Source: Phoronis australis (Eukaryota > Animalia > Phoronida). Taken from it: a stretch of 64,000 nt of DNA. Below are positions 35,601-49,943 of the stretch, in pieces. The stretch spans positions 590,281 through 654,280 of the forward strand of contig NMRA01000224.1 in assembly GCA_002633005.1 (NCBI GenBank), written 5' to 3'. Under the pieces are notes generated by a model. That model was not told the DNA's origin and did not search any database. It was given only the letters and a program-made list of their open reading frames with translations. The position numbers were made by a program, and so were the translations under genes. Each line of letters starts with the position of its first letter. Positions within the stretch are counted from its first letter, which is position 1.

Positions 35601-38600
35601 TCCATTATCACAAGTGTAGGAGGCGGATCCACATGGGTCACGCACCTCCCAAATAGTGAATTTAGGGACAGCCTCTTCCCCCCTTTAAAAATGAACGAAG
35701 TAATGGATGGAGCGGGAGAGTCGTGCCCCATATAATTTGCAGGCGTGCGACTGAAATCTTCGAGGCCTCCGGCGCATGCGTCGGAAATAAAGTTGCTGTG
35801 AAGCATGTAGAAGCGAGAACTATTTGAAGCACGTTAGGCAACTACCAGCGGTGGATTCTTTGTTTCCGGTCTGACTAGGTCATTTTGTAAGGAGCTCCCC
35901 AGTTTTAGAAAATTGCAGCATGTTCAGTATGTTTCACCAGCACTCTCTTAAACATGGGTTCTTATTCACACATATATACATGTACTTTGAAAAATTCTGA
36001 AAAAAAAATGTTACCAGCATGGATTTTCCAGAGCATGCAGTTAGTTGGGAACATAATTTTAGGGAAGGCAACGTTATCGTTTCGTCAGGGACCCTTCTCT
36101 GCAAACGAGTAATCTCTCGCGCTCTTTTTGTTTATTTTTTTCTCGAATAGTATACATTCGATATAAATCCCAGCTCTTGGAGGTGGCCTGCTAATCGCAA
36201 ACATAGCTACCATGTTACCGTTTTTATTTATAACTTTTTTCTTAAGGGTTCATTAACTGAGGGGCCATAATGATAGAATCAGTTGATTGATTTCCCTGTT
36301 TTTTGTGAAATCATGCATGTTTCAGTTTCATATAAGCATTGCTTAGGATGAGAATAATTCATTTTGAAACAGAACGCAGAATAATACACGTCTACATGGC
36401 AACTCACCTCGCGCCAATCCCAACTTAGTAAAGAGCTCAGGCGACGAATACTTCACGGGTTGGATCGTTAGGTTTCATAGGCTATCAGTTCGAAACGGAG
36501 TACACTGATCAAGAAATACTAGAGAGGCGCCGTGAACATGCACAGGCAACGGAACGTATGGATAGTTCTTTGGCAAGCTGGAATTCGTCAGAGAAATCAC
36601 TGTCGACGAAATGCTGGCCACAGACACGGAGATGTTTCACAGCCTCATACTTGCTATTAACAGCCTACCTTTCATTCTCCACTACCGCGAGCCACTTTCT
36701 AAGCATTTCGGGCTCTCCAGGAAGTCGAAAAAAAGATAGTCCCGCTTTTTTCGCAGTTTCATAGTTCGGACAAGCGGGACCGATGCACCGCAATATAGCG
36801 GCATTCACTCTGCAGACGAACCACTGACGTTGCTGCGTCGTTTCTCATCATCCTCACAGGTTAATGCGACACCTCTCGGCAAGGTGAGGTCGACCGTACA
36901 AGAGGCGATGTGGATATAGACCGATTAAGACGGTAAAAAAGTCTAATTAAATCCGGTCGAATTCTCCATTAACCCCCTCTCAGACGGGGTCTTCTCAGGG
37001 AGGAGCGTCTGTGATCATTGCCCCTTTGCACCACATGAAAGTGGCACAGTGAATTGTTCACGTGAAATACAAAAATTTCAAATTAGCTCTAAACAGCAGT
37101 ATCAAGACATGTGACCCAAAACGTGAACATAGTTAAAAAGCACACAAATTAGCAGTAACCGGAACAGAAAAAAAAATAATTTGAAGACTATTTATTATTA
37201 TACAACACATTTCTTGAATGTTTTATAACGATAAAAGTATTGCTACTTGTTAGCAACGATTTCTAAAAATTGAATGCGTTTTGGTGATCGATTAGTCTTA
37301 GGAAAGCATTATCAATAGAAAAGGATTTCGTACGAAATCGCTGCCTAACAGATTGTCAGAGACATGATGCAGTGTATACAGTGTAAGTCTCGCGAATTAA
37401 AAGGTGTTTAACCTGCGTGTACTGGAAAACGTAAACAGAGATATCTGCGAATTTGGAATGTAATTTTGACTCATAAACAGTGGCATGTACCTGAATTCAC
37501 GTTAACACGAACTAATTCTGAATAATCCCTACCCCCGTGGTATGCCCCGTCTCCCGTGCTCTCCCGCTTGCCCACCAAGTACATGTATTTAAACCCACCC
37601 CTTCGGGGATTATCTAAAATTCCACAGTAACCTAATAAGCAGGCTTCCATTCAGAAATCGCGTGTCTTTGTACGTTGCCATGTGACAAGTCAACACATCA
37701 ATATTTCCTGCAATGGTTCTGCTTGCGCTAGCTGTTTGCGAATTTCGGTTGATCAATTGACGATTGTTAACTTTGGTAAGCTAGTCATGTAAGAAATTGA
37801 GGATGTGTCAGAGAACTTTGATGTAGGCTGAAATTCTGGAAAACCTCTGTCCATCCTACCGCAAACAGCAAACTACACTGCGTATTTCTGCCAATATGAA
37901 ATAATCTTCTGAGAAATTGTTTTTTTCGGTGAATTATGACGTAGGATGGTGGAATTGGGGTAGTTTAATATCGTTTTTCCGCCTCAGCGCTTGGTCAGTA
38001 GGTGAACTCGGGTAGTCATTTCAACTACGGATATCCAGTCCCTTGGGGAATGTACCAAGGATCGTGAAAAAGTGCACTTATTCCATGAATGGTCTTGAAC
38101 TTTCCACTAATCACATTCTAAGAATGAGAATCTTGATCTTAGGTCTCATCTTCACACCTGTGTCCTCTAAATAATGATTTATCAGTACATCTTTTAACAC
38201 CCTTTGAAATCCATAATAGTTACCTTCGAAAAGACAAAAATATGTTCTAACCGCGTGACGTTCTCAGGACTAAAACGTAGTTCTTCCTCACAAAATTGTT
38301 GAAGCTTGGGAGACGATAGCGATGTTGTTCAGTAGAGGCTGTCCCCAAGGTGTTTGCCTATCATGTACGAAAATCCGCACACCTTGAATTGGCAACGACA
38401 AGAAAGATAGAAGCGGTGCGAATAAGAAAAAAAATCTTATTTTGAGACCACGGGGCAAAGGGTTCACGAAGTCAGAGTAGCCAATTTAATCCCACCTCCC
38501 TCCCCCCCCCGCCCCCCAGCTCATAAGTAATGTTTTCCTCCATACGGCCTATTGCGCCCAAAGACGAGAGCGAAGGTAAAATTGTTGTTAGGGTGTCACT

Positions 38601-41600
38601 GATGTCGACAGGAGGGTACAGGTGGAGGTAAAACATGAGTCGAGTGGGGATGGAGAAGGACAAAACTGGTGTCGAGCTCGGGGTGAAACTACTGTAGGCG
38701 GTACTGCAGGCGAAACCACCATGAGGGGTTGAGGGTTGCGCTAACACCCCCGCACGCACACACACACACGCGCGCGCGCACGCGCACTAAAACAAACCTT
38801 TCTGTGATTGTGATAGTGATATTGATCCAGACCCAATTACAATAAACATTAACCTCTTTCGCAAACTCACTTCATTCAGCACACTTAGAAATACTTGACC
38901 AGTTTTTTTAATATTTATTGCTATTAGCAAACAGAGTGGAAATAACACGTGTTATCGTCCATAAACTTCATTTTGTACATTTGATTTACTTTCTATTGCT
39001 TACAGCAAAAGTTATGTTCGCATGTGCATCCGCAGATTGCTTATAATCTTGGAAATTTTGAGCCATAAATTTGTTACTGAATGTGACGTTTTACATTTTC
39101 TATGTCGTGTTTTTTGAAAAATAATTAATTTTGTCCCATGTTGTTGCAGGCGTTTACTGTAATCGCACGTGGGACACCATTCTGTGTTGGCCGGATGTAC
39201 CAGCTGGTTCCACTTCCATACAGAGTTGCCCGGACTACGTGAACAGGTTTGACACAGAGTGTAAGTGGAGCAGGGGTGCGTTCCCTTGCACTAGTTTCTT
39301 AGGAGTTGAGCGAGATCACACGAGTGAAAGGCGAGTGTTTTGTAAATAAACTCGAGACCTTACTCGCGTGCATTAGCAATACTTTAGCCTCAGAAAGGAA
39401 TGTTCGGCGAGGCAGGAATGTTGAATTATAGGAGAATAATATAGGAGACAGTTTGAAATAAACGCGCAATTTCCGCTCCATAAGCTAAGGTTTCTCGCGG
39501 AAATATTTCGTGTCTAGCGTTTAAGCAATCCTGCTTCATGTTCTATCGAAGATTGGGATTTGGACGATTTTTCAAACGTCAATTTTCATTCGAAGACTCT
39601 TGAGTCTAACCTCCAAAATCGATTCAGATTCAGACTCGAAATTTAACCAATCAAACTGCGGGATTCGAGTACAAAAGTTGGACTCGAAAGCGCGCCATCC
39701 AATTTTCGAGACGAGTATCGAGTATTGAGATTAGACCCATAAATGTTACATCCAATGAACATACAGCTAACATGGACACCTGAGACAACTATAATATTTA
39801 TATCAAAATGAATTTGACAACCTGATTCATACACGTAGCGTTGTTTTTATGAACACATTTTTCGAAATATATCGCTGTTTAAAAAGACAAAGACCCAGTA
39901 CTTAACCAATAGCAGTATGCTTTAAAATCCATATTTGTATTCTCCATTGAATAAAATTGTATATTGCTGTGCAGGTGTTCTACCAAATACGTAGATATGT
40001 TGATCAGTCCGTGATAGCTAGTAATAAAGTTAATACAATAGTTTGTTAAATGAAGGCATTTCAAAAACGTTTAGACTAATATAAAGATTTTATAGACTTA
40101 CGGGCGTATAATCAATGGCTGATTGGCTATAATAAGTAGATTACGTGACTTTTGGTCTGACAAACCCACATGTAGGTCAATTGATTTTGAACCAGTATCA
40201 CAATATTCAATTACTGTTGATTTCCCTTTGGCCGCAGATTGTTCCAATCACTTTCCAATATTACGCCAGCTAAAAGCGAGACACAAAGCATGTGTTACTC
40301 TATTGTCAGGCATCTAGTACTTAAGAGCGGTCCTGTGAAAGAATAATGATCGATCGACTGGCAGAAAAGAGCATCAGTGCACGTATCTTAATTTGGACAT
40401 TCATCGTTGACATACTGTACGGGAATTACCCGGAGATGGATGCTGAACACTCGCGTTTTTACGCTATGCTACATCGTACATTGAATGCCAAAACCCACAC
40501 GTATTTGTTTTGTATGCATCCATTAAGACTGATCAATCCGGGACACATCGGGTACTTTCGTTTTTTTCAAATTATCCTTCTGGTCATCCGGAACACCTCG
40601 GGTATTTCCGTTCACTCAAATTATCCGTAGAGAAGTGTTTCATATCTGTGCATGTGGGAATTCCAATCGTAATTGCAGGTTATATTACTGGGCCGGGATT
40701 CGCATGTGATAACTGAGTTCAACAAGAGTTAGTAACATCAGAAGGCAGATTACCGTCGCCACGACATTTTGAGACCTGCCAAGTTGAAGGCTTGTTTTAG
40801 CCGTCAGTCTCTTGACCAAAAGTCTGTTAGTGTAATGATTGACGTTCGCATATACCGTATATGCGAACTTCAATCATAAAACGACTCTGAAGGATAACTT
40901 GTGGGTACGGAAATTCCTGAGATCGAGTTCCGGATCATTCGGAAGTGCTTCACTGTCTGCCCGTCGATGTGCGCGAACTTCAGTCGTACTGTGCAACAAC
41001 TCATGAGACTCTCATAATGGAGCATGCCGTCAGTCAAATGCGCGGGCATTCCCATGCTGTAACCATATCTTGATCAAATCATATCCATTGTTTGCGAAAG
41101 TTCGCTCCTCAGAGAGACAGTATGTGACCACTAAAATAACCTCCAGGACGAGGTTGATTTAGTTGTTACTGCAGCAGCAAGCTAAAAAAGTCATTTCTCA
41201 ACTAGATGGGGCAGTGAGCATCACTCATCATCAACCAATTGAGAAGTCCACATGTTCCAAAAGGATTCGGAACCAAGCGAAGTGTCCGAATGTTACACTA
41301 GGCCCGTTCACATGCACACGTTTACCGCATAAATAGCGGCGTAAATACTGGGACACTCGTTATTCTCCATTAGCGCTATTCTTACTTGCATGTGAATGCT
41401 CCGAATAGCGCTTTTCTCCTGTGCGACAAATTTAGCGGGTATATTACCGCTAAAGACTGCATTACCAAAAGGCGAATATCAAAAGAAGCAATTGTGCTAA
41501 CAGAATTCCTCACTTCGCGCAAGCGCATTGCAAGCCAGATTTCCCGCGGAATTGAAAAAAAAGCGTGGGCTGACAAATCTACGCACTTCTTGGTCTGTTT

Positions 41601-44600
41601 GTGGACCGAGTCCAAGGTTTCTAGAGGGCTGCCTGGGACCAGCAGGGATAGTGTGATGTACGCCCAAAGGGCGAAAATAAAGTATAGGTAATTTATTGTA
41701 GGTTTTCAATGTTTTTAGATGTCTTAAACCGCTACCGGGGAACTACCACGACGGGTTTTCAGACAGTATTTTTACGAGTTCTTTACCAGTTTAACTCAGT
41801 TGGTGTTGCTTTCCATAAACACCAGAGCAGTAGTTATCAAAGTCGACGACACGAGTGATCTAGAAAAACGGTTTTCATTAACGGGAACTAACTAACAGTC
41901 ATTCAGAAGCTTTATTACAGTGCTGCCCGCCACCCTCACCCCCAGCACGTGTACTATACATTGTACGAGTGCGTTTACAGGTGGATACCGGTATTTTACG
42001 GGAATTTTTCACGTCGGACCGGTAAAATGTTACAGCAGTTACATTGAAGAAAACTAATCCACGCAAATTCTGGGCATTTGTTTCCCCTAAAACAGTTAAC
42101 CGCTGAACCAAAGAATGCCCCTGGTCACTCAAGACCTTTGAGATGCAAGTACATGTACAATGACCCGAAGTTCAAAGGATCTGCTGTTCAAGTAAGGCTA
42201 GTTACCGAAGCGAAAGTTAAATCGGTACGCTCTAACCGACGCATTTATATGTATCCGAGTAGCTAACTATGCACGTTGAAATTGGAGAAAATAAATGATG
42301 AAAAAAACGCCAAAATTCTAGGACTTATCTTCTGCACAATTGTCATCAAAGCCGTTAAAAATGCAAATTAAATGCACACTTTCTTTATTTGTTCGCGATG
42401 TTCCAACTACAACGACTGGAAATCTTCCTGTCAAAAACTTCAGCGAGGCATACGCCGAATGACGTATTGATGCGCGAAAATGATGCAATGCAAATTTCTC
42501 AAGAAAACATCTTGTTTAATGTTGGTTATGTATTCAATGACTATTTTTGCATGAAACAAAAAGCGTCGAATTACTTCGACTTCGTGCGGAATTCCGTCAT
42601 TGGGTGATTCGAGTTTGGTCCCTTGGCACTTTGGTATCACAAACACGTGATCCCGAAATATGGTTTAGTCATGTTTGCGAAATAATTTCCATTCAATTAC
42701 AGCTTATGCAACAAAGAGGTGTATGGAGGACGGCACATGGTTTTATAGCAGCAAGTTCAACCAATCGTGGACAAATTATACGGCATGTGGTTCAAATGCA
42801 ACTCTCAAGTCAGACAAGTATAAAATCATTGCCGTAAGTCTGCGAGTAGAGCTTACTTGAAGTTTTGGAGTTTAAATACCCGTCTTGAAGTACTTTAAAC
42901 GTTAGCTATTTACTTTGTGTGCAAGAAGCAGTGGAACTTCGCATGGATATTTTGTTTTTGTTTCACTTGTAAATATTCTTTGAAATTTTTGCTCTTTTTT
43001 TCTAATTTATTGGATACGTGCGTACGTGTAATTGTAAGTGACATGGCTTTTCGGCAGTAGGTAAAATCGATAAATATTTTATATCTCGGAAAATAAACCC
43101 TCTGAAAGCAGTGGCAACCTCTATGAGTTGACATATTCACGCATAGTCAGGTGATTTAGATCTTTTCTTTATAGAAATTAAGTAGCTCAGCTACAACGGC
43201 ATCCTGTATAATCAGCATTATTTAGTAGCCAGGGTGTATCCCGAGATGTGCGCACCATAATTGTTGCAATATTCCACTATTGTATGTTACAAACAAATTG
43301 TTAACTTCTCATGACTTTGATACCATATACAGTAGTTACTTATCTGGATAATGTAGAATTCGACAGTTTCGACGCACAAAACAGTGAATAAACATCCACA
43401 TATTTTCAACTACAATCCGTTTCAGTTCTACTAGAAATTCGACAAAATTTCTGCAGGTCGAAACCGCTACAACTTAGTTCGCAAGTCTAAAAAACAGTAG
43501 CGGCTAGGCGCACTAACGCCACAGGAGATCCACGAAGATGTTTTTTATTGCGACAGAAATTCGACTAAACGCCAAAGAATTCTGATAAGATGTTTATTCA
43601 AGTCACGTTGTCGAAGTCGCGAGAACGTACTGTGCAAGTCCATTACGTAAATAAAAAGTATCGGCTAAGCGCACTAACGGCACATCACTCCTACAATATG
43701 TCGACAAAAACGCCATTTTATTGCTCCAAGGACTCCACTAAACTGTCAAATAAATCTGTTGATGATTTTTTTCCAAATTTTGTCATAGTCTGCATGCAAA
43801 ATTTAGTAGAAATGTGGCTATTTTTCTGAAAACGACTAACGTAATTTAGAAAGTGTACATGTAGGCCTGCCATCGATTAGACGAGTGACCTGACTACTGT
43901 ATTTTCAATGCAGGCCCAGAATACATGTGGGAGAGAATCAACAGCCAGATTAAGTTACCGGAAAATAAAATTATAAAAACGGTGATGTTTAATCACTCAT
44001 TTTCAAATTAATAAATATTACGTACAGCGAATTTCACCCATCGTGCACGAAAAATCGCAAATATGACAGTTTTTCCATTTGCTGTGTACAGTACCTTGTA
44101 CATGTACCTAACTTATCCAAGAAAAGTGTTTGCCTCAGACAAGTTTCAGAGCAGCATGCAAAAGCGAATTCTACATTTGTACTTAGACCTAATAATTTCC
44201 TTTTCGTGACAGGTGTCTGTTTCCTTTATTCCAGGTTCACATGCCTTATATCCGGATAATGTTGAATATCGGATACAGCGTTTCTCTGGTTTGTCTGGTC
44301 GTCTCTGTGGCTCTAATGACGTATCTGAGGTATGTTATGTGTGAGGTGTGTTTCGATTAGCTGACAGACCAGGCCTGCAGGAAGGAAAAAATTATTGGGG
44401 GGGGCACAAACCAATTTGACTTGGCCAACCTACCCCCTTGCTATCATCACGCCCCCCCCCCTCTTCGTTCTCTGCATGTCACCATATTTGTACCGAACCC
44501 CACCCCCCCCCCACGTCCGCTATAGGTGGGGGTAATACCGGGGATGCAGCCATCAGGATTTGAGTAACCGTGAACCAAAACCAACAAAGATTCACGGAGA

Positions 44601-47600
44601 GTAAGAATGCGTCTAGGCCCCGAGCGCACTGACGGGTAGCTGGGAGATGCCTGAAGTAACTATAGCTGGGTCGAAGGTCAAGGTTCCTTTTATGATACAT
44701 TTTCCGAGGTCCGAGTTGTGTGCTATGAGTGCCTTTTGTGGCCGTTTCAGAATCCCTTGATGATACACAGGCGGTAGTCCGGTTTCTGGTTGCTGGGGAA
44801 AATGATACAGATTGTGTCCCAAAAATGTACCCACATCAACGTCTGGGGTTCAATAACTAAGATTCTAAGCAGGCCTACTGCATGGTTACACTTTATTTTT
44901 AAGGTGGGTGTGCATGTCATGACGTGCTCCGTGCATTCGTGTGCGCACCTGGGAGGGGCTCAGGGGCTCGATGGCAAAGTGGGTAAAAAGGTCCGCCTCA
45001 GAGAAACAAAAAATGCGAGAAAATCGAGACAAAAGTCCACTGAAAAGGCAGGGATACGGTGTATGCGTAATTCATAGCCTTGAACGAAACCCGTATTCGG
45101 TTTTTTTCTTTAGTAAAAGATCCACATACTCAAAAATTCGAGACCCCCCCCTATATTTTAGGTTGAATGCGCGCGTGCCGTGTGTGTAGTATGCACGGGA
45201 AATGCAAGCAAACTATTCAGTTTTGAAGAACAAAAATACATTGCGTAAACTACAAGAAACCAAAAACATCAACGAAGTTCAAAGACAACCTTTCCAAGTT
45301 GATGACCAATAAGCTTGATTTTATTTATTTAAGTACCTAAACTTCGTTTTTGATCTACGGTTTGTAAAATTAAAACCAGTAATCTAGTTCCTAAGCTAAT
45401 AAACAATCCACTGCCATTTGAATTGTGAGAACATTTTAGGACACGAAGTTGAGCTGTCCGAAATTCATCAATTTCCTTGAGATTTATTTCAGATAGACAG
45501 AAATCGCTTAGTGTACTTTTATATTATGTCGGCCTGCAATTAAATTCATTGAAGTATTGTCATTTCTTACAAAATTAGCTTCTAATTGTCAAAAAATCAT
45601 CTCTCAATCAGTCCACTTTCGTAGATACATAAGCATGTAAATCAGAAAACAACAATCAAATCTATCAGCAATGCGTTAACCTTGATTTAATGACTTAATT
45701 GCTTTTTAATCCCCTTTTAGTGACTGTAACCAACAAATCTTGTACCGAAGTCAAAAAGCAATGCGTTTATTGCCATTTGAATTTTGAGTAATTTTTTTGG
45801 GAAGTGCCCAAATTTCATCAATGTTTTTGAGAGTTATTTTAGATAGGCAAAAAGCGTCCAAGTGCACTTTAGTATTTGGGAATCGCTTTATAGTTTTTTC
45901 CATATTCAGGCTTCAGCTATATTCCCTGAATCGTCATTATTTTTAAAAGATTTGCTTCTGATTGCCAAAAATCACCTATTAAACTGTCTGTTTTCGTAGA
46001 TACATAAACATGTAAGTCTTAAATCAATGAATTTATTAATCAAAACGGAATGTTGAAAGCAATTTCCGCATGCATGCTCGCAGACTTTTGACGGGTAACT
46101 GGGGGAATATGGGGATTGGGCATTCATAGTGAGGCGTATTTTTGGTCTTTCCGAGGTATCTATAATGGGTCACGAATTTAACTTGATCTCAAAAAAAGTT
46201 GAAATATCTGTTCAATTTGTTTATTATTGCAAGTATTTGGGTACACTCCTTCGACATGTACACGGTCATCGCAATGGTAGGCTCGACAACAATGTTTTCC
46301 ACATGTGGGAATACCTTACAAACAAATCATAGTAACCATCTTCAAAAACGATACTATTCTTGTGATAATATGGGAAACAGTAACATTATTTTATAACTAA
46401 CCATCGGAAATAGTCCTTCTGTGTAATTAAAAAACAGCGGTTTTCACGTTCTTTAAAATTCCTGACTTTTCGATGGTGGTCAATCCTGTTGTATTTTTTC
46501 ACTTTTTAGTTGTTTGGGTCGAATGTCTTGATGCTACTGTGCTATGCAGGAATGTTTTGTGTTTTTTGATGAATTTCGAATCACAATTTCCCTCGTGAAT
46601 ACTTTGCAGTGTCGGATTTACATGCAAAGAGGGACAAAGGGACATTTCTCTGAACTGCTCTACCGAGAGAGGGTCTTGTCTGAAATGGGACTAGTTAATA
46701 ATGAAAGCTAAACATCATTAAGCTTGGAAAAGGGGGACAGTTCATTCCACGGTCGTGTGGTCAGACGGCGGTGCAGGAAGTGACCTTCTTCAACATGAAA
46801 GTTGGTTGCACAATTTCACAAAAACAGGAAAATAGACGTAATCGAGTCCAACATTGGGTCCGCTCTCCGTGAGCTTACCCTTAAGAATTTATCAATAGAA
46901 ATATAAAAACTGTGGTCACTTGGACGTCATCAATGGCCTCCTTGACACGTGAAAATATGAATATTTTCAAAAATCAAGAAATGTGCAGCAATTGATGATA
47001 TCTGTCAGGTCATCAATTTTTCTCAAGTGATAAACAATTTGAGAAAAAAGCGACAGGTGTCTCCGTTATCTCTTGCCAGAGAGGGGTCTCTGGAAAAATA
47101 TGGTTTTGCAATTGCAAAATTGATTTACTGAATTTCAAAATCCTGTAAATTAATGCGCTCCGCAAAAGCTTCGCTTCACAAATTTTGTCGATTTTTCGAA
47201 ACATATGCATGAATCATTATGTACACGTTTTCAAGTGCATTTAGACGACCTGTGATGCGAAAGGGGAGACCCCAACAACAATATCCTGGCCAGGGTCCTC
47301 AAAAGGTAAACCATGCACTGATACAGATATGTAAAATGTTTTGTTGCGTTTTTTCTCTTATCCGCATTTAGCAGTCTTTCTTTTCTCGACTGTCCCCGCC
47401 CACGCGTCGTTTGCCACGGTTTAACCCTGACACCTGAAAATTTTGGGGGGCCCGTGCCTCCCTCCCCCCCGGCCCCTCCGCTTCCTACGGCTCTGCTGAC
47501 AGAATGCCTGGGGAATGATTTAAAAAGCCTCTATGATGGAAACAATTCTCCTGTTCAAAGTGATTAATCTATATGCATTCTGAGTACTGTTGAATTGTAT

Positions 47601-49900
47601 TTTTTATCACAACAGCATTAAAAAATGAGGTCACTTCGGAAACCTAATCGGTCACTTCAAAGTGGAATTCGCTCCTACTATTCTTAGTTACAGTTGGCAT
47701 AACTCAGTAATAACAAATTTTAAACACGCCCTAGGTTATAGCCTGAATCAATAGATAGTGCGAAATGTGAAAATAAAGAATCCATGAAAACATTGCCTCC
47801 ATCATCAGGGCTTGAGGCTAATACTATAGCCTCATCTCGCCAAGTGTGACCTGGAGAAATCCTCAGGTGGCCAAACTGTTGAGTTCGCCAAAACAGGGAA
47901 ACTCCGTATGTGGGATTGTAGAAGTCCTGGAACCCACACCAAGAAACTGACTTTGACTCAAGTCTACGATTTGTCTCAACTTTCAAACTTCGAAACTTCC
48001 ACATGCGGCAAGTTAGCCAAAATTGAGATAAAAATTACAATCAAACTTAAGATCTCTTTCTCAAAACGGACTTGAGGTAAATAATTTTTATCTTAAAATT
48101 GGCTGAAATTTAAGAATTGTCTTAGCTAAGTCAGTTTTCTTGGAACGAGACCCTGGCAACCAATTTCCCTCCCGAGCCAAATACTCCACGCGGGTTCACC
48201 TCTTACAAGCAGACGATCACGACACGTTATCTGTGCACGAGTAATTATGAATGGGTCTTTCAGATTTTTGCCGAACGATTGCGGCACCTGCTTACTTTTT
48301 GTAGTATTTGAACGCGTATTCGGTGTTTGCGTGGCGACTTCATGGCGACTTGCGAGTTTAGATGGGGTCGCCAGACAAAGTACGAGGTACATTGTAGGTC
48401 GTCTCCATGGGAGCTTTTTACTCACATCATTCAGTGTTATTTCACAACAGCAGGCCACCACTCCAGTGAAGGGTTAGTGATTCACTACGCCATTAAAACT
48501 ATTAAGCAACTTGCTCGTCATTTCTATTAATGTCATCGCATCAAATTGTATTTAAGTGGGTCACAGCCGGCAGATTACGGGCACTTTAAGGTTACGAAGA
48601 AGCAGAGATAAAGTTTTATCTCCTATGTAGTGCAATGTTTAGGTTGTTTATCTCACGGGGAACATAACCATTAAGTTAACGATTTAATTTTAGGAAGTTG
48701 CATTGCCCGAGGAACTGCGTCCACATCAATCTCTTCGTTTCTTTTATCCTACGCGCATGCGCGTCTTTGGTGCGCGAACACCTTATAATTGGTGGAATGG
48801 GGTTCCGGAATGACGTTTACCAAGAGGAAGATAGCACCTGGCTACTTATTCCGGGGAGAACGGCAAGTGATTTGTTTACGATATAGTTTCACGTGTCATG
48901 TTTCACTTTCTGTGCGCACGCAGAAGCTAGCCTGTTCGATATAATCCCTCATCCCACTAACCCAAATAATCTCACAAAGGCATATACAGTACCGTACACT
49001 ATCGAAAAAAAATTACGTAATGCACTAAATTTGTTTTTCAGTCAGTACGTGGCGTTCGATTGACAGTAGACAATACCTGAAGTCTATACTTCTCCCCTGT
49101 TCTTTGATCTTATGCATTTACCGTTACTGTATCTTAGACCAACATACTAACCTTTGGCTTAGCCGACATCGATTTCGGTCTTGGTTTTGGTCTGAAGAAA
49201 TTCCATAAGCTCCGATTTTAGTCTAAGTTTAAGTCAAAAAGTATCCCTGAAGGGGATTCCAACAATTATAATTGAGTATGACGCACTGCCACTGTCTACT
49301 TCAGTGTAAAAATTTCAGTTTGTTTATTTTGTGCCATTCTGTAATGGTTAATCTATTGCTTTTATTTCCTAACGCTTTCACCTGATTAGATTGTGCAAAG
49401 CATCGATCTCGTGTCTGCCCCACCCATGTCCTAAACTGTATACAGTAGTTTATTATTCATACTGGACTTGTGTTGCAGAACTGGGAATGCAAACTGTTCT
49501 TCACAATATTCCATTACTGCCTTGGTGCCAACTATATGTGGATTCTCATGGAAGGTCTCTACTTACATATGCTAATATTCGTGTCGGTGTTTTCGGAGAA
49601 AAGCAGTGTGAGAGTGTATATGATAGCTGGGTGGCGTAAGTATTCAAGGTCAAATTTAAGTTTGAATTTCCTATAAACAAAGCGAGGTGTTGGGTGTAGA
49701 AGATTGCAGTCCATGACTTGCCATTTCGGGCACAGTCGGTGCACACAGGATCAGGCTTCCAAACGAAAGACACTTTTGACGAGAAATCTTGGAATGGAAA
49801 CTGCATATTTTTCTACTGCTGCCATGCTTATTCTTTCGAACTCTCGCTACATTTGTCGATCCCCCAGAGAATAACCACTCGACAGATCACTATACAAGAG

Positions 49901-49943
<43 letters not shown>

